Below the pieces are notes generated by a model that was not told where the DNA came from, did no database searches, and saw only the letters and a program-made list of their open reading frames with translations. A DNA stretch of 63,766 nt, filler included, from Welwitschia mirabilis (lineage: Eukaryota), in assembly GCA_051453625.1 (NCBI GenBank). It is 5 parts of one record of this genome, joined end to end, with 100 filler letters (N's around TTAATTAATTAA, not from the genome) between each part and the next. Parts side by side here need not be neighbours in the genome. Positions count along the whole stretch, not along the records: positions 28,067 to 55,438 come from JBOZIK010000001.1; positions 55,539 to 57,900 come from JBOZIK010000001.1; positions 58,001 to 61,247 come from JBOZIK010000001.1; positions 61,348 to 63,766 come from JBOZIK010000001.1; 1 more part is not named here. One strand, given 5' to 3'. This document shows, one piece after another, positions 51,612 to 63,766 of this stretch; the first letter of the stretch is position 1, and every line of letters begins with the position of its first letter. Made by a program: the position numbers and the translations under genes.

Positions 51612-54600
51612 TCCCCTCAAGTTGGCGTGTGCACATCATAAACACCTAACTTGCCTAAAAGATGTTAAAACTGTGGTCTATCAAGAGCCTTCATGAAAAT
51701 GTTAGCCGACTGAGAATTCATATGAATGTGGCGCATGTCAATAACTCCTACTTACACTTGCTTTTGTATAAAATGACAGTCAATCTCTATATGCTTAGTA
51801 TGCTTGTGAAAAACTAGATTCTCCGCAATGTGGATAGTAGACTGACTATCACATAATAATGGAATTAGTCCACTCTGCTGTATTCCTAAATATTGTAAAA
51901 GAGTATTTAGCCAAAGAAGCTCACTCGTGGCTGTTGCCATCACTCTATACTCTACCTTCACTGAAGAATAGGAAACTNNNNNNNNNNNNNNNNNNNNNNN
52001 NNNNNNNNNNNNNNNNNNNNNNNNNNNNNNNNNNNNNNNNNNNNNNNNNNNNNNNNNNNNNNNNNNNNNNNNNNNNNNNNNNNNNNNNNNNNNNNNNNNN
52101 NNNNNNNNNNNNNNNNNNNNNNNNNNNNNNNGTCCTGGATTCTTCTTAATGTATCATATAACTCTATTTACCACATCAAAGTTCTTCTTGCATGGCATCT
52201 GCATAAACTGTAAAAGGACATGAACTGCATACAAAATCTTTGGTCGTGTGATCATGAGATAGATAAGGTAACCAACCAGTCGACGATAAGCTACCACATC
52301 TGTCATCATCTTCCCCTTAGCTAGGCCTAGCCAATGACCCTGCTCCATAGGTGTATCTGATGGATGACATCTAAGTAGTCCAGTTTCAAAAAGAATATCT
52401 AGGGCATGCTTTTGTTGAGAAAGGAATACCCCCTTAGACAAGCGCGCGACCTCAATTCCTAAAAAATATTCTAGCTTCCCTAAGTCTTTGATGTTAAAAA
52501 ACTTATTGAGATAGGACTTGAAATCCAAACAAGCCCGAGAGTCATTTCTGGTCAAAATGATATCATCCACATAGACTAAAAGGCCCAAGAAAACATCACC
52601 TTTATGAAAGGTAAACAATGAATAATCTGTGTGTGACTGAACAAATCCATACTTGTGCAAAGCCTCCTAAAGCTTAACAAATTAGTTCCAAAAAGCCTGT
52701 CTGAGCCCATATAGTAACTTTCTGAGGCGACAAATCTATCCTTGATCTCATGTATGAAAACATGGTGGCAACTTCATATAAACCTCCTCCTATAGATCTC
52801 CCTATAAAAACGCGTTGTTGACATCAATATGATGTAACTCTCATCCCTGTGTCACAGCAATAGTAAAAAATACCTGAATGATAACAAGATTTTCCACTAG
52901 AGTAAATGGCTCGTGAAAGTCAAGGCCTTTAGTCTGGGTAAAGCCCTTTGCCACAAAATGGGCCTTGTAACACTCTATAGACCCATCTGTCTTATACTTG
53001 ATCTTGTAGACCCACCTATAGTCAATCATCTTCTTTCCATTTGGCAAATCTTCTAAGGTCCATGTGTTATTTGCCTCGAGTGTCGTTATCTCCTTTGCCA
53101 TAGCCTCTCACCATTGGAGCTTTTGTATGGCCTCATGATAATTTTGTGGCTTCTCCTTTGAGCTAGTAACTCCTAAGAATACCTAATGACTCAAAGAAAA
53201 ATTATTAATGCCTACAAATAGAGATAAGAAGTAAGAAGTACCTGAGACATTATCATGGAGTGAGGTCTTCTTCTGTGATAGTGCTCTTTCTTCAACACAT
53301 CAGAATTTGCCATAGTTGGGCCCAATGTAGCCCTTTCTCCGTCACAATTAAAGCTATGACTTATCTTGGCCCCAAAAAAACATAATCTCCATATTTTGCT
53401 AGCATCTTTGACTTCCTTCTTGGACATGAACTCTCTGAAGCATTAACTATTCCTCTCTCCTCAACCAAGTTTGCCCCTTCTTATAGCACAACTTTCTCGG
53501 AATTGGGCCCTCTGGTACTAAGCTCGGATCCCCTCTCGGATTTGGAACTTCCACTATAACTCCTTCATTCTTATTACCTAAAGGTTTGTTAAGATGAATA
53601 TTCTCGGTAAATAAGAGCAGAGAAACAATTTGTGTAGTATTTGAAGCATAGTTATCGTGAAATGGAAACACATTTTTATTAAAAACTATATCTCAAGAAT
53701 ATAAAAAAACATGTTCTTCCAAGTCGTAAAGTCTCTATGCTTTCTTAGCAAAAAGGTAGCCAACAAAAATACACCTTCTATTTCTAGATGCAAATTTATC
53801 ATTCTAAATTTGATGAGCATAACAAACATAACCAAAAACACATATATGATCAAAAGATGGACGTACTCCAAAAAGTATATCAAAAGGAGACTTCCCTTTA
53901 AACTTTACCATTGGTGTTTTATTAATCAAATAAACTACCGTCAAAATGAATTCCTCCCAAAAATGTTAAGGCAAGTTTGCTTGAAAGCATAATGCCCGTG
54001 CTACTTCAAGTATATTCCTGTGGCGATGCTCAACTCTTCCATTTTGTTAAGGCGTGTCAATACAACTTGTTTCATGTAAAATTCCCTTCTTGTTATAAAA
54101 TTCTTTCATGTCAAACTCTCCACCATTATCACTCCTTATTTTCTTAACCACTTTTCCAAACTGTATCTCAGTAAGCTTACAAAATTCAATTAAATGACTA
54201 CGAGTTTTACTTTTTCCTTTTAACAAGAAAACCCAGACAGAACAACTACAATCATCAACAATAGTCAAAAAATATTGTGTATCACAACTAGAAGTCTGAC
54301 AATAGGTGCTCCATAAATCAACATGAATTAAATCAAAACATTATTCTGCACGTTTATTACTCAAGGAAAAAGAAGCTTGTGTCTGTTTGGCCCAAAAATA
54401 AGAATCGCAAACAAAATCATCCAAGAAATTTAAACTACCAACTATAGGAATAAAACATAAATGTTGACTTGATTGGTGCCCCATACGCTTGTGTCAAATA
54501 ATTGAGAAACCTCTCTGCTCGATCTTCAAAGCCGTATGTAACTTCGTCGATCAAGAATAGTAGACCTCCCTTGAAGTTCACCCATTCCAATCAATGTCAT

Positions 54601-55380
54601 CAAAGTACGTCTTGTATTACACAAAGGATCAGTGAAAAATATTTAATAATTATTCTTGAAAATTAACTGGCATATGGAAACTAAATTACAAGTTAAATTG
54701 GGGACATAAAGAACATCAACTAATATAATGTTTTCATTTGACATAGCCTGACCCTTCTTGGTCACGGTTATTCTCATGCCATTCAGTAACATCACTGACA
54801 TTGGCACAACATCTGTTATGTCTCGTAACAAGTCAATATCACCTGTCATATGATTGGATGCATTGCTATTGAGAATCCATATAAATGTATTAAATGTATT
54901 ACCAGAGGGACGTTCCAGAGGATCTATAAAGCTTAAAAGTTTCTGAATTTGATCCGCAAAAAGCCCAAGTGTGTCTAAGCCACTGTTTGGAGCATCTCCC
55001 CTTGTCGTCGATGCGCTTAACCTGTCAGTCACATGATAGGCCACGACCCTGCCTTACTGGCCATGATTCTTATTTCCTCCGGAACCTCTGATGCTTCGGC
55101 TATGCTGTCTAGCTTGTTGTCCATCTCGCGAGATGTCATCCTTCCACCACTCTAGGTAACGAATAAGTTCGAAACACTCCGAGGGTTCATACCATGAATG
55201 ATTGCAATGAGGACAACAACACCCTCCATGTCCCCTCTGCATGCTGCCTGTGGTCGTGCCTTACTGTTGATGGGTTCCTATTGCTCGCGACCTCTCTATT
55301 TGGATGGCAAAAGCCATCACCTCCACCTTCTCTTCTTGGCCTCGAACACAGTCAATCGTGTTGAGGAGGTATGGCAACTA
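51612..55380 (-). pseudogene. Copia gag-end/pol pseudogene (knuckle, PR, INT, RT, RNase H)
   Basis: CPHCNH...CFELIRYLEWW; WILNSNASNHMTG; IVDDCS...IRSDNGGEF; RWVYKIKYKTDGSIECYKAHFVAKGFTQ; LLVYVDDII; HKHTKHIEIDCHF; contains stops, frameshifts and an N gap at 51978-52131. Confidence 0.95.
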
Positions 55381-55538
55381 TGCCTCTTAATATCGTAATA
55401 TTCTAAGAGCAACCTGCTCTGATACCAGGTTAAAATCANNNNNNNNNNNNNNNNNNNNNNNNNNNNNNNNNNNNNNNNNNNNTTAATTAATTAANNNNNN
55501 NNNNNNNNNNNNNNNNNNNNNNNNNNNNNNNNNNNNNN

Positions 55539-57900
55539 AGATTTCTTGAGATCATGAGGGAAACCTTTGTTACAGTTGACCTTGGTTAATAGTAGGTGTG
55601 CATTGCATTTCTATGTCATTCCATATTCCATTCCATGTTCTACTTGATCGTCTTTATGACAAAAAGGCTAGAAGCTAGTCCTTGTGACAGAAGGATTAGG
55701 ATATAAGTAGAATCTCATTTCCATTTCTATTCATTGCATCATATCTTCATTTTGAATTGCATTCACTTTACTATTTATTTTCAGTTAAGTAAAATATAAA
55801 ATACCAAAAACAAGTTTATCTAAGGAATTCACGATTGCATAAATTCACACCGCAACATTTTGGTGCCATTTCTGGGGAAGGCCGCAAGGAGCTAAGAGAA
55901 TTGTTATTAACCAAATAAGTACCTTGAATATTTTTGTTTCAGGTCATTTATTTTAATTAATGTTGTATTTTAGTGTATTTTAAGGTGGATTTATTTTTTG
56001 CAAAAATTTATTTTCTGTAACTTTTAGGGATCCTGTCGTGCTCTTTGTCATCCAGATGATATTGATCATGATAGTTAGTTTCTGTTTTCACATTTTTTTT
56101 CTTCTGTTTAAAGTTTATTGTTGTCCTGTCCATCATCTGGATGACAAGGTGGACAACAGTCTTAGTTTCAGTAATTTTCTTTCTAAGTTTTTAGAGTTTT
56201 ATTATTTTTAGAGTTTAGTTTTTCTGTGATTGTTGTCCTACCTATCGTCCCCACAACAAGGTGGACGATAGTCCATCATTTGATTCTGGTTTTCATTTAC
56301 TGTTTGTGCCTACAAAAATATAAGGAATTCTTGGAGCAAGATGAAATATCAGTCAACAAGAATCTGAAACATCAAGAATTATTCGACTTCAAATAAGAAT
56401 TCAGGTACGTACAACATAGGTACAAAAATTGTAGAATTTCTTTCTTTTTTCTTTCTATTTTAGAATTAGATTTTCTTTTTTTTGTATAGCTAATTTGCAA
56501 TAATAATGTCACATCTTTTAGGGTATTGAGAAATAGCAATCTTAAACCATCCAAGAACCTCGATCTTCATTACTATTTTAAATATAAACTTTCTTATTCT
56601 ATTCTTCTTGCTTATTTCAATGAATCGTAATAGAAAATCCATTGTAGAACTTCTTTCTGAAAGGAGAAAAACTTGCAAAATGATGAGGACATTAGTAAGA
56701 AAACACTTTGAGAAATCTTTGCTGAAAGAGGGAGACCATAACAAAACCATGTTAAAAATAGGGATTGGTCCCATTCTTCTTTTCAACCTGATTATTCTTT
56801 CCCCTCTTCTTTTCAAACCTCATTTTAACATAATGATGAAGATTCATTATATTGTAAGGATTCCACCTCATTTAGACATATCTCTTGCAATCATCTTTCT
56901 CAATTCCAATCATCTTCCATGCTTTACTACCAAGAAGAACCATCTTACATCAACTACTCTGAAGAAGAAAAAGATCCATTAATAGAAATTATTGGTGAAA
57001 TGACGAAGAACTATGAAAATACCAATAAAAACTTAAAAAGATTAGTTGACATCTTGCAACAAAATCTTTTACATATTTAAGGATCTTTTACAACACAACA
57101 TCCTCACAACCATTCCACTCCATCCTACCTTGAGGAAAATGAAGAGGACTTAGAAATTATTGATGATGATGATTCTTGCTTTTAACTTAAAGATGGGCTT
57201 ATGAATCAAACTTCAACATCCTACTCATTAGAAGATAAGCAAAAAAGGTGATAATAATAATGCAACTCAACATGTCAATAATTGGGATGAAGATGACCAC
57301 TCATGAGTAGATGATATTGAGATATTCGATTATATTCCTGCCATTCGTTTATTGTTAGATAATCAAGAGGAGGAATCTAATCATGAAAAAACTGAAAATG
57401 TTCCAACCAATAATGAAGATAATGCTATTATTTCTCTTGATAATATTTTTGATGAATCGAATCATTTAGAAAGTGAAAGTAATATTCAATAAGAGAAGGA
57501 AGATATAGTTACAACAAATGAAGATGAAATTACAATTCAACTAACTAATGACATGGATACTAGTGAAGAACTAGAAATTAATGAAGGACTTATAAAGATT
57601 TATTCAAATTACATAGAGAATAGACTTGTTCATTCTACTCATATTTCTACATTTTCCCCATCTATGCCTTCACATTCAATTGCAAATTACATCTTTTCCT
57701 CCACTCCCCCTAATACTTCTATTTCCACTTTTACATTACCTCATAACCTTGATAATAATCACCTTTCTCTATCTCTTTCAATTACACCTTTATATAATTC
57801 TCAAGACCATGTTCCTTTCCTTGACTCTCATAACACCCATCACTTTGAAGAGTCTATTTCTTTTGTCTGTCAATCTCTTCATTCTAAACCTTCATATGAT
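55539..57900 (+). mobile_element. Athila-type element 5' part: LTR end, PBS, UTR and low-complexity ORF remnant
   Basis: LTR ends CACACCGCAACA at 55857; PBS TGGTGCCATTTCTGGGGA (55861-55878) resembles the Athila tRNA-Asp PBS TGGCGCCGTTGCCGGGGA. Confidence 0.75.
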
Positions 57901-58000
57901 NNNNNNNNNNNNNNNNNNNNNNNNNNNNNNNNNNNNNNNNNNNNTTAATTAATTAANNNNNNNNNNNNNNNNNNNNNNNNNNNNNNNNNNNNNNNNNNNN

Positions 58001-58179
58001 AGACAAAAAGACTAAAAATACCTTGGAAATCAATTCTCTAACTATAAGCCTAGTGCCTTTCTTGGGATTACAACATTCGAGTGAACTCCCATCTATACTA
58101 GCATGTGTTTTTCTGTAAATTATATAATTTACATGTTTACCTAATGAGCTTAAAGATTGCATAAATTCACACCGCAACA
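58001..58179 (+). repeat. Athila LTR 3' end
   Basis: GATTGCATAAATTCACACCGCAACA is identical to 55833-55857; not followed by a PBS. Confidence 0.8.
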
Positions 58180-60181
58180 CTCTTTCTAGCATTTTAAATG
58201 GTCTACTAAATTGAGGAGCTAATTGTTATCTCATAACTTCTTTTAGCACTGATTTTATTAGTGGCACTTTAAGAAATACATAATCAATTATTTTAAACTC
58301 AATATCTCTTCTTTAATAGTTTACAAACATATTTTATCTATTTGCTACTTATATAAGTTTGTCCTTAATGATTCTTTCATTTTTTATAACATTTCTAGTC
58401 CTATAATCAATATTTCTTTAAATTTTATCCATGAAGTGAGTGATCTATATTTTCTACCATATAGGGCTTTAAAAGATGTTATTTGAATTGAAATATGTTA
58501 TTTGTTATTATATGCATATTCTACTAATGGGAGGTACTCTTTAAAACTCTTAGGATTATCTAGAATACATATTTTAAAAAGATCTTCTACATGATTAATT
58601 ATTTCTGCCTAATCATCTATTTGAGGATGAAATGTAGTGCTTATATTTAATTTGGTTCATAAAACCATTTATAATTCTTACCAAAACTTAGAAGTAAATT
58701 TTTAATCTCTATCATAGATAATTACTAAAAGCACACCATACAACCAAACAACATTTTGGATATATACTTTAGCTATATCCTTTTAATTATAAATAGATTT
58801 TACTAAAATTAAATGTACTAAGTTAATTGTCCTATTTATTATCACCATGATAGAGTTATAACCTCTTTGAGTTTTTTAAAGTTCTAAAATAAAGCCCATG
58901 CAAATCACATTTCATTTGTATTATAGAATATCATAAAGATAAAATAATCCTACTAGATTTATATGTTCTACTTTAACTTATTAATAATTAAGGCACCTTG
59001 ATATAAATTCTACTATATTCTTTTTCATCCCTAGCCACCACAATTTTAGTTTCATGTTTTATTATATTTTAGTTCCTCTAATATTACTTACTATAGGTGG
59101 ATTATGAAATTTAAAATTAGCTTATGTCTAATTCCATATACATGAGGAACCAAAAATCTTCCCTTTTATGTGATCATACCATTTGAATTAATACTAAATT
59201 CTTTAAATCTATTGTTTTTTTAATTTTTCCTTTAATTTTTGGTAATTTTCATCCCCTTTTTTCGCTCTAAAATAATGGTGGGTATTTGGTTTTGAATTTT
59301 CATAATTGCTTTAAGATAAACTTATTTGCTAAGAGAATTTGTAACTTTGCTTCCCTTACCTTCATTATATATAAAAAATCCATCCATATTCTTTGCCTAA
59401 GATTTAAGTTTTATTAAGTAAAACTATGTTTCAAATTCTTGTGATTATCCAAACTTAAAACTTTACATCATAGAAATAATGCTTTTATAATTTTAAAGGA
59501 AAAATTACTATAGCTAATTCAAGATCATGAACAGGATAAATTCTCTTATGAAGTTTAAGTTTTCTTGATCCATAAGTTGTTATTTTTTTAATCTTGTTTA
59601 AGCACTACTCTAAGACCTTCTCCAAATGCATCAGTATAAACTAAAAAAATCTTTGAATCATATAGTATTACTAAGATTCTAGTACTAGTTAAGCATTCTT
59701 TAAGATGATCAAATAACTGTTAACATTTTTTTGTCCACTAAAAATCTTTACTTTTCTCTAAAAGGCTTGTTAGTGAAGAATATATCTTAGAGAAGTTGAA
59801 TATGAATTGATTATAATACCTATTAAGATTAAGAAAGCTTCTAACCTTAGTAATATTTGTAGGTATTAGCCATTCTATAGGTGCTCTAACTTTGTCTTCA
59901 TCTATTGACATACCTTCCTTGAATATTACATGAGTTAGAATTTGAATGGATTCCTTTCAAAAAGAGTATTTTTTCATGTTAGCATATAATTGATGATTTT
60001 GTAAAGTTTGTAATACTATTATCAAGTGTTTCTAGTGTTCTTCATAAGTCTTAGAATAAATGAAAATATCATCAATAAATCCTATTACAAAAAAATAAAT
60101 ATGTGATTAAAAGACATAGTTCATAATACTAATAGATATTGCAAGGAAATCAGTTAAATTAAAAGCAATAACAGTGAACTA
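58180..60181 (-). pseudogene. Chromovirus (Tekay-like) RT-RNase H-integrase remnant
   Basis: VIGFIDDIFIYSKTYEEH (RT); VYTDAFGEGL...YGSRKLKLHKRIYPVHDLELA (RH); LWWLGMKKNIVEFISRCL and TTFHPQIDD (INT). Confidence 0.9.
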
Positions 60182-61247
60182 TGTTGTGATGCATATTTGT
60201 GCTTTTAATTTTAATATTATAAACATCAAATTTAACTTACAACATCTGAATAGCTATTAATCTAATTACACATAATACACATTTATATAGTGGGAGCAAC
60301 CCAAATATCATACACTTAGAGAAGACTTCCAAAGAGAATATGAAAAATTGCTTTTATAAAAAAAATAATAACATGTTTTGGAATTCTTCTTTATAGGAAA
60401 TAAAATTAAATAATTCAAACATGAAGATAGAATGTAATGTAATGAAATGAAATGAAATGCAATTTCTAATGTAATGAATTAGTTAAACTTCAAATCTACT
60501 GTTACTTATATTATTCTTTATAAATATTTTAATTATGACTTCATGTTACTTAAATCAATTATAATAAGCTATAAGAAAGCATAATAAAATATTTGAAAAG
60601 ATACTAATTCAATCCATACTTTTATTAATGAATTGAATTACATCCACTTATGAGAACAACTCTTTAATGGAAGATTCACTACCTAACATCAAGATGATTC
60701 TTCTCATATGTAGGATGGATTTCCTTACCTTTAATAATCTTTAATCATCATAAGCATGTAGATGATAAAAGACGATTTATAATAAGGTTTAAATGGCCCT
60801 ATTTATAAGTTTGGATAGTTCACTAAAGGATGTAAAACAAAGAGCTATGAGTGAGATCCATTCTTTCATAACAATTTAATTAAGTTTATAAATTATTTTA
60901 ATCATTGTTCATTGTGTCATCCCCATGACATAAAGGGTGATATTCTAGATACCAACTAATACTTAGCACATGTTAAAAATGCTAACTATCCTCTACATGA
61001 TAATCCCCATCACATAAAGGACGGTCATAATTTTCTTATTATCATCCCCTCTATTGTTCCCATGACTTAGAGGACAACCATAGTTTATTCATCACATTGC
61101 TTTAGTTCCTCATTATCTGAAAATAACTTCTTATGTTGAAAATTATTCCATATTTTAACTTGTATGGAAGATTTGTATAACTAGTATAATTCCTTAGAAA
61201 AATCTATCAAGAAGACCTAAAAATGTACTCCATAAGTGTATTAAAGA
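60182..61247 (-). repeat. Athila-type LTR interrupting the Tekay-like RT
   Basis: Starts TGTTGTGATGCATATTT (cf. 40614); internal similarity to 28491-29728. Confidence 0.7.
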
Positions 61248-61347
61248 NNNNNNNNNNNNNNNNNNNNNNNNNNNNNNNNNNNNNNNNNNNNTTAATTAAT
61301 TAANNNNNNNNNNNNNNNNNNNNNNNNNNNNNNNNNNNNNNNNNNNN

Positions 61348-63766
61348 GAGGTTTAGATTAGTCTCTTTAAGAATCAAGACGAGCTTAGTTTCTAGTCTCT
61401 TGCATTCTTTCGTGATCAATGAAGGGGTCCATTTTACTTCAAATTAGTATTCCACTTTTATCATGGCTCCAAGTCATGCAAGAACAAGTTTAAAAGGTTG
61501 TAAGAAGATTTTATCTTATTTTCAAGATGGATTTCACTAGGCTTACAAGTTGCTTGGGTTTAAGGAATTACACAGAAAATTGTATTAATAACTAAGAATG
61601 CTCTAGGCATAAGGATGGAGGCACTAATGAGGAAAGGCAGTAGCGCTAGTTAAGTTATGAGTTACAAATTTAGTTTTCATACATAGGTTTGTTGATCTCA
61701 TGCAAAATTATTACAGTAATAGGATCACAGGGAATTAGAATTAAAATGAAAAATGTAAATAAAATTGAGTCTGACATTATTGAAATTATGATAAAATTTT
61801 TTAAAAAGTTCTAATGTTTTACGCACATAACAAAAATGCAAAAACAATAACAAAAAAACAAAAGAAAGTAGGAAGAAAGAGAAGAATGCAATGTAACATA
61901 AAGTTTGATTAAAATTTTTTAAGGTTTTAAGTTTTTTGAAACTTCAAAAGCAACCTGCAAACAAACATTAAACCTTCACAAACAAAGTTAGATAATAATC
62001 AAAAACAAACTTTAAAACAAGCTGGACCAGTTTCAATAACATTAGAAGAACTGGTACTAACTACTAAAAAGAAAACTAAACATACAAAACAAAAGAAAAT
62101 GGACTAGCTCGAATACCACTGAAAAAGAACCAGTATCCACTATTGGAGAAATAAAAAGTATGTATAAAACTTGCAAAAAGAAAGATTAGTACTCATCGAA
62201 GCTCCTACTATGTCATTATCCCTAGCAACAATGCCAAAATCTGATTAGTGTAATATAGCAAACTAGATTTAGACCTAAGTGTATACTTAGTTATCATTCT
62301 TCCTCAAGGATAACATGGGTTTAGGTTTAGAATTTCATTAACTAAACTTTAATAAAAGTTACAAATTTTAAATTAAAAAAAGGAAAAGAGATGATTTTTA
62401 GATTTGGGTTTAAACTTCATCTTAAGAAAGGAGGAAAGCAAACCAGCTATAAGGTCTTGTCAGTTTATCCTAAGTAATCCTATACCCTAATTCTGTCCAA
62501 TTACCTTCCTACAAAATACTTAAAACCATCAAGTGCTTTTAGTTCAAGTCATGGAGCATAATCTCATCTATCATGTGATAAATGGTGAACCTAATTAACA
62601 CTTTAGCCTTAGAATAAAAGAGTGTAATAAAATATGCTATTGTAATTTCAATCTCATAGATCTATCATAGAAATATTTTGTTTAAGGGGAGGCTATGAAA
62701 AATGAAATTTAATTTGAAATATGAAATCTATGTTTAGGTTTATTATTTACATTATTTTTAATGAATTTTTCTAGAAATTAATGCTTCTACAAGACTTGTC
62801 AAGAACAACCCTTAGAAAATAATATCCTCTATTAATTTAGATAGTTAACCATGTATATAAGATACAATATTAGAGAGTTATGTAACATAAGAAAAGTAAC
62901 AAAATAATGCTAGATAGTACATATTTCTAAGCACTATTATATCCTAAATACCTACCCAACAATAGATATAGGAGTAAGAGAGAATAAAATCTTACTTTTT
63001 CAAGTAATATAATAGCTCATAATACTTCTCAGCATGTAAAGAAAGTATAATAGCATTTTGACAGATAAATTTTTAATTTTGCAATGTGTAACAAATGCCA
63101 AAATAAAATAAAAAATGTAATGGTTATACTATGATAAATAAACTGATTACAAATAATGATTCCTTTGCAAGTCAGAAGAGTGCTTCAATGATGAACCTAG
63201 ACTTGCTACCATCTCTAGATGTTATGCAAAGAGTGCAAAAATATCGTCTAATTATAGTTATAGGTTGTATTTGTACAAGCTCTAAGGTAGTTAGAGGGGG
63301 GACACTTAACAAGGATGAGTATTAGTACCTCCTATATTAAGGTACTACATTGCCACATGTTATGCATGAATTTAGTAGAGTTTAAATAGATTTTTCCTAA
63401 ATTTTAGATTTGTCTACATTTAGTGTGTGGCATTTGCATGTAATGGATTCATTTTTCTTCTTGGCATGTTAACCTCCATTAATAGTCACTTGTCATCATG
63501 CTCCAAGTGTACATAACATAAACTTGCAAAAAGATGACGTATTTTGATTAGTTACTAAAGTTATGTACTATAATCAAGATGACAACCTAAATTATAATTC
63601 CAACATAATGCCTATTTAAGAAAGATAATTAGTATTAGTTATGTAAACTAAATATTAATTTCCATGTTTATAACCTATACTTATGTATCAAAATATATTA
63701 TTTTAAATGCAACTTGTGTTCATCATTTGCCCCACATTCAAGCTTTTTCTAGTCCCTAGCAATTAA
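61348..63766 (-). mobile_element. Athila-type element: 5' UTR, PBS and partial 5' LTR
   Basis: TCCCTAGCAACAATGCCA (62219-62236) is the complement of a decayed tRNA-Asp PBS; the LTR starts TGATTAG at 62242; its right extent is uncertain. Confidence 0.55.

Larger units (their letters stand above)
51296..55438 (-). mobile_element. Ale-type Ty1-copia element, gag largely deleted, 5' LTR cut by a linker
   Basis: Short LTR 51296-51609, PPT complement CTTCCCCTCAA at 51610-51620, PBS GCTCTGATACCA at 55416-55427 abutting the LTR, pol in PR-INT-RT-RH order. Confidence 0.92.

Noticed and set aside
53711-55398. Plus-strand ORFs 53711-53992 and 55198-55398
   Set aside because: Antisense shadows of the Copia gag-pol.
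55539-58179. A single short two-LTR Athila element
   Set aside because: The LTR ends match, but an artificial linker separates them, so continuity is unproven.

Overview
Very AT-rich (roughly 70% by eye), CpG-depleted plant nuclear DNA with no recognisable intact host gene, rRNA, functional tRNA or CRISPR array. Most of the window is nested, decayed LTR retrotransposons. These include two Sirevirus (SIRE, Copia) deletion derivatives (1-3886; 30356-35136 with TSD GATGC) and an old Tat-group Gypsy element (~4750-23988, minus) whose extra RNase H lies between protease and RT. A chromovirus-derived non-autonomous element sits inside that Tat element (13930-20728, TSD CTTGT), and its LTR end is built of tandem PBS-junction repeats. 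There are also several Athila pieces, a less decayed Ale-type Copia lacking most of gag (51296-55438) and a Tekay-like pol relic (58180-60181). Between the retroelements lie fragments of an older layer (3887-4720, 25260-26230, 29729-30355 + 35142-35208 + 38441-38650, 47590-49229). These read like densely packed, stop-riddled ORFs on both strands with no retroelement motif, and are the best candidate for something undescribed (possibly an endogenous virus or unknown large element; unverified). Four 44N-TTAATTAATTAA-44N linkers are assembly joins, so adjacency across them is not trustworthy. Lineage calls rest on motif recognition by eye, not database searches.
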